A stretch of 64,000 nt of DNA, taken from positions 28,881,162 through 28,945,161 of the forward strand of contig NC_068998.1 in the NCBI RefSeq assembly GCF_001194135.2, given 5' to 3'. The notes beneath the pieces were generated by a model, which saw nothing but the letters and a program-made list of their open reading frames with translations, searched no databases and had not been told where the DNA came from. This document shows, in pieces, positions 1-10,810 of this stretch (position 1 is the stretch's first letter; each line of letters starts with the position of its first letter). The DNA comes from Octopus bimaculoides (Eukaryota). Made by a program: the position numbers and the translations under genes.

Positions 1-59
<59 letters not shown>

Positions 60-95
60 TGAGTGTGTGCGTGTGCGTGCGTGCGTGTGTGTGTG
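1..95. repeat. (GT)n microsatellite with GC/GA interruptions
   Basis: Direct reading of the sequence. Confidence 0.97.
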
Positions 96-390
96 AAGTG
101 ATCTGGCATAATGTTTAGCATCTTTCACTCATGATGATGGTTTCAATTCTTGAACTAGGCAACATGTGTCATTGAGTAAAGTACTTTTATCCTTACACAT
201 AGTTCCTGTCAACTGAAAGAGTACCTGACATGTGCTGCTGTAGCTTCCACAACTTGGATATTTTGCTGGGTTGAGGGTGGGTAGGGTTCTGAGAGGATGG
301 CTGTTTCTGCTCTTAAAACTATTAGTGGAAGCATGGTACCTGCTACCAAGCCATACTTACTAGTGATTGATGGCTAGTTGTGTCTATGTG

Positions 391-462
391 TGTGTATTGA
401 GGAGTGTATGTATTGAGGAGTGTATGTATTGAGGAGTGTGTGTATTGAGGAGTGTGTGTATT
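391..462. repeat. 16-bp minisatellite, about 4.5 copies (TRTGTATTGAGGAGTG)
   Basis: Units at 391, 407, 423, 439 and a partial unit at 455. Confidence 0.9.
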
Positions 463-1757
463 ACAGTTTGTAATATATAAGAGCTGGTGAATAATTGAAA
501 TCTATGCTGATTATCTGTAATATCTCAGTGGATTTCCTATAGGAATATTATCAATTTTCTGAATTTAGGGCAATATATAAAAAATTTAATTCTAAGATTA
601 GTATCAACTAATTTCAAGCCTAATTCTTTAAATTATTCAGACAGATTTTTTCGTAAACCTATCAGCTTGTTTGTTCTTTATGTTCTATAATTTTTTTTAT
701 ATTCTGTCATATTTTAAAATTCTTCATCTCTATATAATCAAACTCGAATTTAGTACTTAGTAAGAACAGGCTATAGAGGGTGCAATTAACTTATAAATTT
801 CTTGAATGGCATTAGATCTCATACTATCATTAAAAAAAATAAAAGTACGTTTTTTGTTACTTAATATCAGAACCACTAATGTTATTGTTAACGAAAACTG
901 GTGGTTTTTGAACAACAGGATTAGTGACAGAGAGGTAAAAAGCAAATTAATTTAGTGACAGAGAAACAGAACTATGTGAATCTATATTTCTTATCACAAA
1001 TAATATTAAACCAATTTAGAACAGGAATGGTTTTATTGCATAAATGCATGTTCATTCATAGCGTCACTATTACATGAAGATTCCAAGGACTGACTGTGAA
1101 GTTTTAGTTTCTTTAAATATCATCAGTTTAACATTCACTGTTCCATATCTACATGAATAGTACAGCAAGTGTTTACATGCCCATTTTGATATTAGGGCAA
1201 CATTGTGCTGCCCAATCATCTACATTTGCATCAACATTTTCTTCATCACTATACACTGGTGACCTTGACCTTTTGTCAATCTTCTACCTAACTTTAAATT
1301 CACTTGATGAATGTAGGGTTCTTTTTCATAATGTAATCGATTCATTCCTCAATAAAAGTATGCTACTGAAGCTGCTGTTGTGAACCTTTAAAATCAATTC
1401 TGGCCTAACAACTTAGTTACTGTTTTCAGTCACATAACATCAGTGACTACACTATAATGGAGACACTTTAATCACTTTACTTTGATCAAAAACAGCACCA
1501 AATCAGCTAGGAGGTACCAATTGTTGCACAGCAATCATCAGTAAACCCAGATATTGCAGCTAGAAGTTACCCCAATATTTATCATTGATCAGCTCAATAA
1601 CAAAAGGACTGTTCTGCAACAGAACAATAAAAGAGAAAGACTTTTTTTTGTAACTAGAAGCTTTCACACTTTAGAACATTCTACATTAAACTTCCTTGCC
1701 TATCTTTCTAATTTAGTTTCCATCTAAATTACTAAGGCATAGTACCAAAGTGGTAAC

Positions 1758-2122
1758 TCATAGAAATTCTTGAAACAATTTTTTTTCTGTGCTTTTATTT
1801 CAATTCTTGCTATTTTTTGTTGAATATTCTATCATTTTGCTTCTAGATTTGGTGTTTCTTTGCCAAGCAAACGTCACATCTCTTGGCACCTTCAGTATAA
1901 ATTTGGCAGCTTCAACGATGGATAATTTTTTTGAGGAGGAGGGAGCTCTATTAATTTTGTTTCTCTATTTTAAATAAAAAATACATTTTTACAAAACCTT
2001 TGCATTCTTTCACATATTATGGAAGAATCATTTCGTAACAAATTGTTTCTGAATATGCTTTGCATGGTTCCTATATAGCATTCAACTATACTCTTGATTT
2101 TAATAAACCATAAATAATTTTT
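1758..2122 (-). mobile_element. Penelope-like element (PLE) GIY-YIG endonuclease/C-terminal remnant, frameshifted
   Basis: Minus-strand translation gives KIIYGLL..CYIGTMQSIF (YIG at 2069-2077), then SIVEAAK/YTEGAKRCDVCLAKKHQI*KQNDRIFNKK..KHRKKLF. This follows the PLE C-terminal pattern W.I..KA..Y....KRC.LCL.EK..I....LNK..E....CRH. Confidence 0.7.
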
Positions 2123-2189
2123 CTTAAACACTTGTTGGCAAAGTTGTAAAGAATTAAATAAAATGCATTGTAGTTACAGTCTTTTATAT

Positions 2190-2275
2190 ACTGAGTTCAA
2201 ACCCACTCAGACTGACTTTGATTTTTGTCCTTTTGGAATTGACAAAAATAAAGTACCATTCAGGTTGCTGATGTA
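2190..2275 (+). mobile_element. Degenerate tRNA-derived SINE (family A, Meta-domain-like core)
   Basis: ctgagttcaaa...gactttg..tt..tcctttt..a.tgacaaaaataaagtacc matches the better copies at 7016, 49920 and 51340. Confidence 0.6.
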
Positions 2276-2484
2276 AATAGAATTCACTGTTCCTTCTTAT
2301 TACAATTTGAAGACTTGTGCCTTTGAAGACAAAGAATACGCATTTGTAGTAGTTTATTTTATTAGAAACATTTTTAACACTCTCTTCGTTTGGAATATAT
2401 AATCAGACCTTTATATTATTCCTATTAAGGAAGAATTAGACTCACTGAAGATGTAGAGCCCAAACTCTGATAATTGAAGGACCT

Positions 2485-2700
2485 TCTTCATTGTCATTTT
2501 TATATATACTTTTCATGCTGACATGGTTGGATGGGTTGTCAGAGTTCATGTCACTTCCCATTGGCAGCTATTGTTCCTAAAGCATAAGTACTTGAACATG
2601 TCATACGGCTTAGTTTCTACAGATGAATGCCCTTACTAACACCAACCACTTTACAGAGTGTACTGGATTCATCTTTTTCGTGGCATCAACACTAAACAGG
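2485..2700 (-). mobile_element. RTE-LINE-type 3' tail fragment
   Basis: ttttcatgctgacatggttgg...gtttctacagatgaatgcccttactaacaccaaccac, the same family as 14597 and 54393. Confidence 0.65.
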
Positions 2701-3051
2701 TTGAATTTTCTGTGAGATAGAAGTAGAAGGGCTTCGTTTCTTCACACTTACGTCTGCTCATGTGTAGTGTGAACAGTGGGTGTGTGTTGGAGAGGGAACA
2801 CTGACAACAGGAAGTTCAGAAATAGATATCTGAGATGGGGTTAGGGATGAAAATATAGCTGCCAAGAGTACTTAATAAACTGGAGCATGTATATGACCAA
2901 GTAAGGGAATTGAAGACAAAGAAGAGAAAAGTGGTCATAAATTAGGCTAGCACCCTAGTGGATACCTAAATTCACATTTGTGTTTTTAATGGCTTGTATT
3001 TAATTAATACTTTGTCTTTAATTAAGCAATTGATATTTTATGCACAAATAT

Positions 3052-3110
3052 GTTTTGAGTTCAAATTCCACCAAAGTCGACTTTACCTTTCATCCTTCCG
3101 GGATATAGGG
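3052..3110 (+). mobile_element. SINE family A core fragment
   Basis: ttgagttcaaattccaccaaagtcgactttacctttcatccttccggg. Confidence 0.65.
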
Positions 3111-3805
3111 GCATGTGCCATTGCAGTATGTCGCTTCATCCACTACAGTTTGTATTTGCTCAAGTCATCCTACTCAGTCCGCATCGCTACCACAAAAAAA
3201 AAAATCACCAAGTGAAAAAAAGAGAAAAGTCTTCAGCAGATTTCTATTGCATAAATTTTAAGTGAACCATCTGGTAAGAAAATAAAAAGAGAAAGGAGAA
3301 AACGTAAAAAGATAAAAGAAGAAAGGTGAAACAAACTAAATTGTAAACAGACAATAGAATTAATCTAAGAGTTCAATTATTTTCTTTAATGATGGCCAAT
3401 GTAAAGAGGGTTTGTTTAGTCAACATATACAACAGACCTATATGCCTGTAAGTTCAAGAAAGTGAAAACAAAATGGTTTGGCTTCTAACTAAATTTCAGA
3501 CATAATGACCATGTTATAGTGGGGCAATGGAAATTTTGAGAGTTCAAAAATAAATGGAAATTGAATTTAACTCATGTGTTAAAATAGCTTTTACTTCTTT
3601 CATTGCATTGCTTCAGATCAAACCACGAGATAATCTACAACTCTGAAATAAATAAATAAGTATATNNNNNNNNNNNNNNNNNNNNNNNNNNNNNNNNNNN
3701 NNNNNNNNNNNNNNNNNNNNNNNNNNNNNNNNNNNNNNNNNNNNNNNNNNNNNNNNNNNNNNNNNNNNNNNNNATATATATATATATATATATATATATC
3801 ATATA

Positions 3806-3945
3806 TCATCATCGTCATCATCATCATCATCATAATTCAATATCTATTTTCCATGCTGGCATGGGTTGATGGTTTGACAGGAGCTGGCAAAGCCAGAAGC
3901 TACACCCGATTCCATTGTCTGTTTTGGCATAGTTTCTATAGCTGC
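3806..3945 (-). mobile_element. RTE-type 3' tail with (CAT)n
   Basis: (cat)n followed by ttttccatgctggcatgggttgatggtttgacagg. Confidence 0.7.
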
Positions 3946-5145
3946 ATTAATAGTACAAACACATGGGGAAAAAAAACATACTCTAAGAAGAACAAAAGAA
4001 TGAAACCAGATATGAACTAGTCAAATGTACAGAACAGGGCCAAAACAGAAAATGCTTTTGATGGAGAAAAGCAAAAACAAAGAGGTAGGAATATCTTTCC
4101 ATAAGAACTTACATGGAAACAAGGAAAAAGGGAAAAGCAATAACAAAAATACAGAATGATGAAATGTATAAAATGTGATATAAACAAACTGGTATACCCA
4201 CTTCATCAGACATCATCAGCTAAACATTCTATGTAGTTTCAAACTCCCCCTGACATGACTACCATGTTTAGTTGTATTCAGCTCTGGTTCAAAACTAATA
4301 GGGATAAATAATACAGAAGAAAATAAAGAAATAAACAACATAGGAATGGAATGCAAAAAAGAAATGTAAATAATCTTTCAACTCAAATGGGACAAAGGAA
4401 AGGTGTGAATAATTGTATGATTTAGATAAGACAAGACTTTGTAAGAGTTAATGCTTAGACAAGATATAGTAATGTCTATTTAGTGTTTGATGTGTTATGT
4501 TTTATGCATGGAGTGGTTCCTATGGAAAGAGAGACTTGGATGATACTATAAAGAATCAAGACAAAAATCAGATTTGCCAACGAGAACTATTTCTTTTATG
4601 CTAAAAGACTGTCTGATCATAACAGACATGAACTGAAGCCTGCAAACACAAAAAGAGATGCTGAAATCCTCAAAATATGATATGATTGTTCATAATATGT
4701 TTCTTTGGTTAGCAAGGCGTAGAACATTCTTTAGATTATATTGTTAACAACTGGTTCTGCAGTTATGCTTAATAAAAGTTTGTAGATAATTTTATCTAAT
4801 CAAACAATCAGATTGTGAGAATATGAACCAGAGACAAGGTGATGAGAATGAGTGTGAATGTAAGTGTGAACTGGCATAGTCCAGTTTTAATTTAAGAGTT
4901 GAACAAAGATAACTCTTACTGCAGAATTTCATTGTTAATGAATGAAGCTGTCAATACCCAGTTGGTGAATGCAAGCTGTGTCAATTTCTATTCTGTGAGT
5001 GTTGCCTTGATAAAAATTACTTATATCAAGACTAAAGTTAACACTTCTCAACCTTGGACAATCAGTTTATTGCTAACGTCATCAGTCCATTTTATCTGCT
5101 TTAATGGTTAGTTTATTGCTGATGTATGTGTGTAAGTGTGTGTAT

Positions 5146-5188
<43 letters not shown>

Positions 5189-5377
5189 CATATTTATATA
5201 TGCATATATGTGTGTGTGTGTATTTAGATATTCATATATATTTTATCTTTTACTTGTTTCATTCATTAGACTGCAGGCATGCTAGGGCTCCGCCTTGAAA
5301 AATCTTTAGTCAAATGAGTCAACCCCAGTACTTTTTTTTTTCTATATGTACACACATTTGTAAATATATATATATAT

Positions 5378-5413
<36 letters not shown>

Positions 5414-5671
5414 NNNNNNNNNNNNNNNNNNNNNNNNNNNNNNNNNNNNNNNNNNNNNNNNNNNNNNNNNNNNNNNNNNNNNNNNNNNNNNNNNNNNNNN
5501 NNNNNNNNNNNNNNNNNNNNNNNNNNNNNNNNNNNNNNNNNNNNNNNNNNNNNNNNNNNNNNNNNNNNNNNNNNNNNNNNNNNNNNNNNNNNNNNNNNNN
5601 NNNNNNNNNNNNNNNNNNNNNNNNNNNNNNNNNNNNNNNNNNNNNNNNNNNNNNNNNNNNNNNNNNNNNNN

Positions 5672-5747
<76 letters not shown>

Positions 5748-5774
5748 CGTATTTATATGTGTGTCTTTGTGTCA

Positions 5775-5975
5775 GTGTTTGTCCCCACACCATTGCTTGA
5801 CAATCAATGTTGGTGTGTTTATGTTCCTGAAACTTAATGGTTTAGCAAAAGAGATGGATGGAATAAGTACTAGGTTTACAAAGAATAAGTCCTGGGGTCG
5901 ATTTCTTTGACTAAAGGCAGTGCTCCAGCATGGTCACATTCAAATGACTGAAATGTATAAAAGTGTAAAAGAGTA
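5775..5975 (+). mobile_element. SINE family B 3' part
   Basis: Reverse-complement match to 18140-18323 and 18757-18955 (ataagtactagg..aaagaataagtcctggggtcga..gtgctccagcatgg). Confidence 0.75.
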
Positions 5976-6985
5976 TATGTATCTGAAATTTCAGCTTTCT
6001 AGTTGAAGTAGTTTCGGAGTTATGAGCTTTTTAAACTATAATCACTTGATGGCACTAGATTCATACTTCAGCATTTCTGCTGCCTAAATCCTTGTAAATG
6101 CAAGAGAAATGTGGAATAAAAGTGTATTTATGCATTTTTAAGATTACTGAATTGAAATTTCTCTATGCAAAGGTTCAAAACTGGACTATTTTAAGACAGA
6201 GATCACTACAAGCATTTGATGACATACAAAATTAAAAGCAATACATATTTTTAACTTTATAGGTTTAATTCCAATTTTAAATAACTGTATAAGAAAAAGG
6301 GTGCTGAATGTTAGCAAATTTTTAAACATAACAAAGAATTAATATGCTTTGTTAAATAACATAAATTGAAACTGAAGTTTCTCCTTCTTTTTACAAACAT
6401 CATAAACATATTGAAGGTACTTGATTGCCTGTTCTGCACTCTGATTTGTTCTGAGAATTTCCAGTTTTGATGGTTTTCAACTTCAAAAGTTTTTTACAGA
6501 GTTCAGTGCTTTTTAATGAACTTGCAGGCTACCACATAACTTCTGATAATCATGTGCATTGAACATTTGTTCAGTAAACCAAAAACCTGCCCAGCTGTAA
6601 GAGATGAATCGACAAACATTGAGAAACAAAACTCTTTTTTCTAGTAGACGAATAAATGCCAAAAGAGCTAGTATTGCTCAGGAATTCCATCTTGCATTAC
6701 TAAAGTTGGATATTTTTTGAAACTTTACAGTTGGAAATTTGCAAGTTTCTTCAAAGAAACAAAACACTCTGGTCAAATGAAATAGAAATTTCATGTCATC
6801 TTGCCATCCTGCTGATTCAATAATCTTTACTTCACCAATGTTGAAATTAGCCTGGAGTTTCTTGTAATTACTTAGAAGCTCTGGGATTAATGTATATTCA
6901 ATATTAGGAGATGATTTCTTTCCCCTCCAAGTTCATTATCCTTTACAACACGAAGAACTGTATTAAGGATATGATGCTGACAGCC
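5976..6985 (-). mobile_element. hAT-related (hATm-like) DDE transposase remnant (6339-6985) plus probable 3' subterminal region (5976-6338)
   Basis: Minus-strand frame of about 210 codons with 4 stops and 1 frameshift: GCQHHILNTVLRVVKDNELGG / KSSPNIEY..FQKISNFSNARWNS*AILALLAF..WAGFWFTEQMF..LRTNQSAEQAIKYLQ..LQFQFMLFNKAY*. It contains CxxH, (T/A)RWNS and N..AE.AIK, the hAT/P/MuDR-lineage signature motifs. Confidence 0.7.
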
Positions 6986-7135
6986 ATGCTTAGTGGTATT
7001 TCATGTCTTTATGTTTTCTGAGTTCAAATTCTGCCGAGGTTGACTTTGCCTTTCATCCTTTTGGGGGTCGATAAATTAAGTAACAGTTGTGTACTGGGGT
7101 TGATCTAATCGACTGGCCCCATCCCACCAAATTTT
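6986..7135 (+). mobile_element. SINE family A (5'-truncated, well preserved core)
   Basis: ttctgagttcaaattctgccgaggttgactttgcctttcatcc..gggtcgataaattaagta.cagttg.gtactgggg. Confidence 0.85.
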
Positions 7136-7139
7136 AAGC

Positions 7140-7242
7140 TGCTGTGAGTGTAGTGGGTGCTTTTTACGTGCCACTGGCATGGGGGCCAGTCAGGCTTGAA
7201 TGGTACTTTTTACATACCGCCAGTCAGGAGGCACAGGCATCG

Positions 7243-7245
<3 letters not shown>
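7140..7245 (-). mobile_element. RTE-type 3' UTR fragment
   Basis: gagtgtagtgggtgctttttacgtgccactggc is nearly identical to 54533-54570. Confidence 0.7.
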
Positions 7246-7294
<49 letters not shown>

Positions 7295-8197
7295 CAAAAT
7301 AAGCAACAGGATATCAAGAAGTGATGCAGTATGACCGTTTCAAGCGGCTTCATTTAACTGAACAATGCAATCATTACATCAGTTTAAATGCAAAGCATAA
7401 ATAAATAGAATTTTTAATCAGTTGAACACATTAATATAATTTTACTCAAATTCTCTTATAGAGCAAGAAGAGGGAAAGAGTCCATGTTGCTACTAATGCA
7501 GCTAAGAATATAGTACACTTCTAAGAAATGTATGAAGTTTGTTAGGGTCATATCTTGTAAAGGATTGTGGTTCATTTTTAATTTATTATTCTTTTTTTTT
7601 TATCAACTGCCAAATCTAATGCTAGAGGACAGTGTCTGTTTAGAATGGAGGGCAGGAGCGGGTTGACAGTTTATTACTTATTAGGTGGTTTCTATAAAGA
7701 TTGCTCTGGGCATTTACTTATGGAATACTGGGGTGATAAATTATGCTATCTTTATATTAATTGTAAGCTAAGAATCAGAAAAAAATCGGGAAAAATAAGT
7801 TGTGCACAGATATATACACATATTTAACTATGTGCACACATGCAAATATACACAAATATTTGTACTTTATTATGGATATGTTATAATCAACTCTCATAGA
7901 CTTAAGTAACTAGAAAGTTTATATCTTTCTTTAAGAACATTAATTACTTATAAGAGATAGGAGATTAATAGGTAAAGGTATCAAAATAAGAAACCAAAAT
8001 AATAAGAAATTATATATAACTTATTATATATAATACTAGGGGGTAAGTTCACATCAGATCTGACACTAAAAATTCATTTCCCTTATCCACGTTCAAGTGT
8101 ATCACCTTTAAATGCTAATTTCGAAAATATTTAAATGTACGGGTGGCCCTATGTATGCATGATACCCTTAGGTCTAATTTATTATTAATCAGGTTGC

Positions 8198-8547
8198 TCT
8201 TGTCCCTATACTTAAAAATTTCATAAGTTTCCATAGAGCACAGCTTGTACCCATATCAACTATCTCTATAAGGTTGTGCTTTCCTTATAATATCCCATTT
8301 AAGGCTAAATTCAATTCCGCTTTCCTTCAGTTCCGCTTTCCTTCAGTTCCGCTTTCCTTCAGTTCCGCTTTCCTTCAGTTCCGCTTTCCTTCAGTTCCAC
8401 TTTCCTTCAGGAACTGAAGGAAAGCAGAATCGAATTTAGCCTTAAATGGGATATTATAAGGAAAGCGTAGCCTTATAGAGATAGGTCAATATGGGTGCAA
8501 GCTGTACTCTATGGAAACTTATAAAATTTTTAAGTATAGGGACAAGA
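8198..8547. repeat. Long inverted repeat (about 135-bp arms) with six tandem 16-bp units (TTCCGCTTTCCTTCAG, 8315-8410) at the apex
   Basis: Manual alignment of 8198-8333 with the reverse complement of 8411-8547: about 10 substitutions (all transitions) and 1 indel. Confidence 0.95.
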
Positions 8548-9036
8548 TGGCCAAAAAATTTCGATAGTGACAAATGTTCTGGGAGATCTCCAATCAGCAG
8601 AACTGAGAAAAACATCGCAGATGTGTGTGCGGCTGTGAGGAGAAATCATTGAATCACCATCCATGAGTTATCAGAGGATGTCCATATTAGTTATGGTTCA
8701 GTTCAGTCCATTATCACTGAAGATATGGGTATGAGACACCTGTCTACCAAGTTTGTGCCAAAACTGCTTTCAGCTGATCCAAAAGACACTCAGGTTTCAC
8801 TTGCACAAAATCTCCTTGATTGTGTTGAGAATGATGAAAACTTTTTGGAAACTTTGCGTAGGCCTCTTGGCAATATTTGATGCAGATTCTCTGCTCAACT
8901 TTCTCTGTCATGGTCAATGCAATGATCACACACTACAGACATTACTTCCAAGCACTGATGTAAACAACAGAAGTCAGCTAGAATGTTAAAACTTAATGTA
9001 CATGCACATCAGAGTCCAAGGTCAATCTATGTAAGC
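8542..9036 (+). mobile_element. Truncated copy of the symmetric mariner-derived MITE
   Basis: Colinear with 49155-49660, including the VSxKFVPKLLSAD motif and the inverted 5' arm (MTEKVEQRICIKYCQ on the minus strand). Confidence 0.9.
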
Positions 9037-9684
9037 ACACACAGAGAATGCAGTAAATACATTTGAGAAAACGGTTTTTCCAGTTTGTAAATTACAAACA
9101 GGAGGGTAGATATTCCAGTATCAATTGATTTTGCTTTCTGTGTCAAATTGATACTTAAAGCTCATCAGCTAGACTTACTATGTAAACTATTTAAAAAAAT
9201 ATATTTACCTTCCTGTGCACATTTGTTCCAAATGAACATTAGTAAGATATGTGGTTTTGGAGAGTTTTATTCTCCTTTCAAGCAAACAGGTACATATTGT
9301 ACCCTGACTTTTAATATATATGTATATAGTTAAGTAAGATACAGGTAAAATACTTGTAGAATGCTGTGGAAATACTCCTGTTGAGTTTATATAAATAGAT
9401 AAATGATAAAAAATGGAATGAATGACATTCTTTATTTAAAATAACTACAATTGTTTCAACACATTTTTACACCTGTTAAATCCTACTGTTATTTCACTCA
9501 GTGTGAGAATGAGATAACAGTAGATTCTAATGAAAGACTTATTCAAACAATCAGCTAAGGAGGTATATTTTTCACTTTGGATGTATGATAATGATTACAC
9601 AGCATCTCACTGAAGTGCTACAGGTGTAAAAAAATTGTAGTGATTTTAAATAAAGAATGTCATTAATTCCATTTTCTATCATTT

Positions 9685-9731
9685 ATGTATGTATGTATGT
9701 ATGTATGTATGTATGTATGTATGTATGTATG

Positions 9732-9763
<32 letters not shown>

Positions 9764-9838
9764 CATCTATCTANNNNNNNNNNCTATCTATCTATCTATC
9801 CATCTATCTATCTATCTATCTATCTCTCTATCTATCTC

Positions 9839-9871
<33 letters not shown>

Positions 9872-9890
9872 ATACATATGTACGTATGTA
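9685..9890. repeat. Compound (TATG)n/(TATC)n microsatellite with gap
   Basis: Direct reading. Confidence 0.95.
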
Positions 9891-10029
9891 CATACAAAAT
9901 GTATGTGTGTTTGTACGTATGTCTATATGCAATGGGTCTCTTTCACTTTCCTTCTAGCAAATCCTCTCACAAGGTTTTGGCTGGCCTATGGCTATAGTAA
10001 AAGATACTTGCTCAGGGTAGAGCTATTAT

Positions 10030-10810
10030 TATTGAAAGCAGCAAGCTGGCAGAATCTTTAGCATTTCAGGCGAAATGCTTACCAGTATTTTGTCTGCCAC
10101 TACATTCTGAATTCAGATTCCGCCGAGACCGACTTTACCTTTCGTCCTTTCGGGGTCAATAAAATAAGTACCAGTTTTCCTTGTAGAAAAATTTGAAACC
10201 ATTATTATTATTGGGAAGGTGGCAAGTTGGTAACATTGTTAGTATGATGGGCAACATGCTTAACAGCATTTCTTCCCTTTCTTTATGCTCTCAAAATTCC
10301 TTTGAGATCAGCTTTGCCTTTTATCCTTTCAGGGTTGATAAAATAAATACCAGCTGTGCACGGGGGAGGTGGGAGGGGATCAATGTAATGAACCTAACCC
10401 CTCCATAAAATAGCTGACCTTGTGCCAAAATTTATTTTATTGACTTTCTGGATTCAATAAAGTATCAGTCAAGTACTGAATTGATTTAACCAATTAAATC
10501 ACTCCCCTTGAAAGTGCTGGCCTTGTACACAAATTAAAAACAATTATTACTATTATTGATGGATTGGTACATTGATTTATTTGTTTTTGACTCTTTACTT
10601 TCTGAGTTCAAATTCTGCTGATGTCAACTTTTCCCTTTCATCATTTTGGAGTTAATAATATAAGTACCTGTCAAATACCAGGATTGATAAAATAAAGTGC
10701 CAGTTTAGCAATGGGACCAAATAAATAAAGTATTAATCAAATACTAGGATTCATATACTCACCTAACCTCTCCCACCAAATCCATGATCTTATGCCTATA
10801 TTAGAACTTT
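10030..10810 (+). mobile_element. Head-to-tail stack of about 5 degenerate SINE family A copies
   Basis: Repeated ..cctt(t)c.tcctttc.ggg.t.ataaaata..tacca.. cores near 10110-10175, 10300-10355, 10445-10475 (partial), 10600-10670 and 10680-10745 (partial), with (ATT)n between some units. Confidence 0.75.

Noticed and set aside
1050-1450. Moderately GC-rich stretch with a 76-aa + ORF and protein-like minus fragments (KRSRSPVYSDEENVDANVDDW)
   Set aside because: No recognisable motif, stops in all frames and no coherent splice sites. Possibly old TE, but unsupported.
4500-4800. Semi-open + frame (..RIKTKIRFANENYFFYAKRLSDHNRHELKP..)
   Set aside because: Interrupted by several stops, no splice signals and no family recognised.
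5104-5910. ORFs of 64-198 aa (HTHT, YIYI, CVCV, X runs)
   Set aside because: Translations of dinucleotide microsatellites and N-gaps. The same applies to ORFs at 9657-10061, 16169-16576, 18191-18757, 32557, 35425, 39328-39630, 42327, 54179, 55493-55779, 59894 and 61108-61528.
7315-7385. Minus-strand AAATGA-AGCCGCTT-GAAACGGTCATA resembling a minimal hammerhead
   Set aside because: The CUGANGA box is wrong at 3 of 7 positions and helix II does not pair.
8315-8410. CRISPR-like array
   Set aside because: Units are directly adjacent with no spacers, the context is eukaryotic and no cas genes are present.
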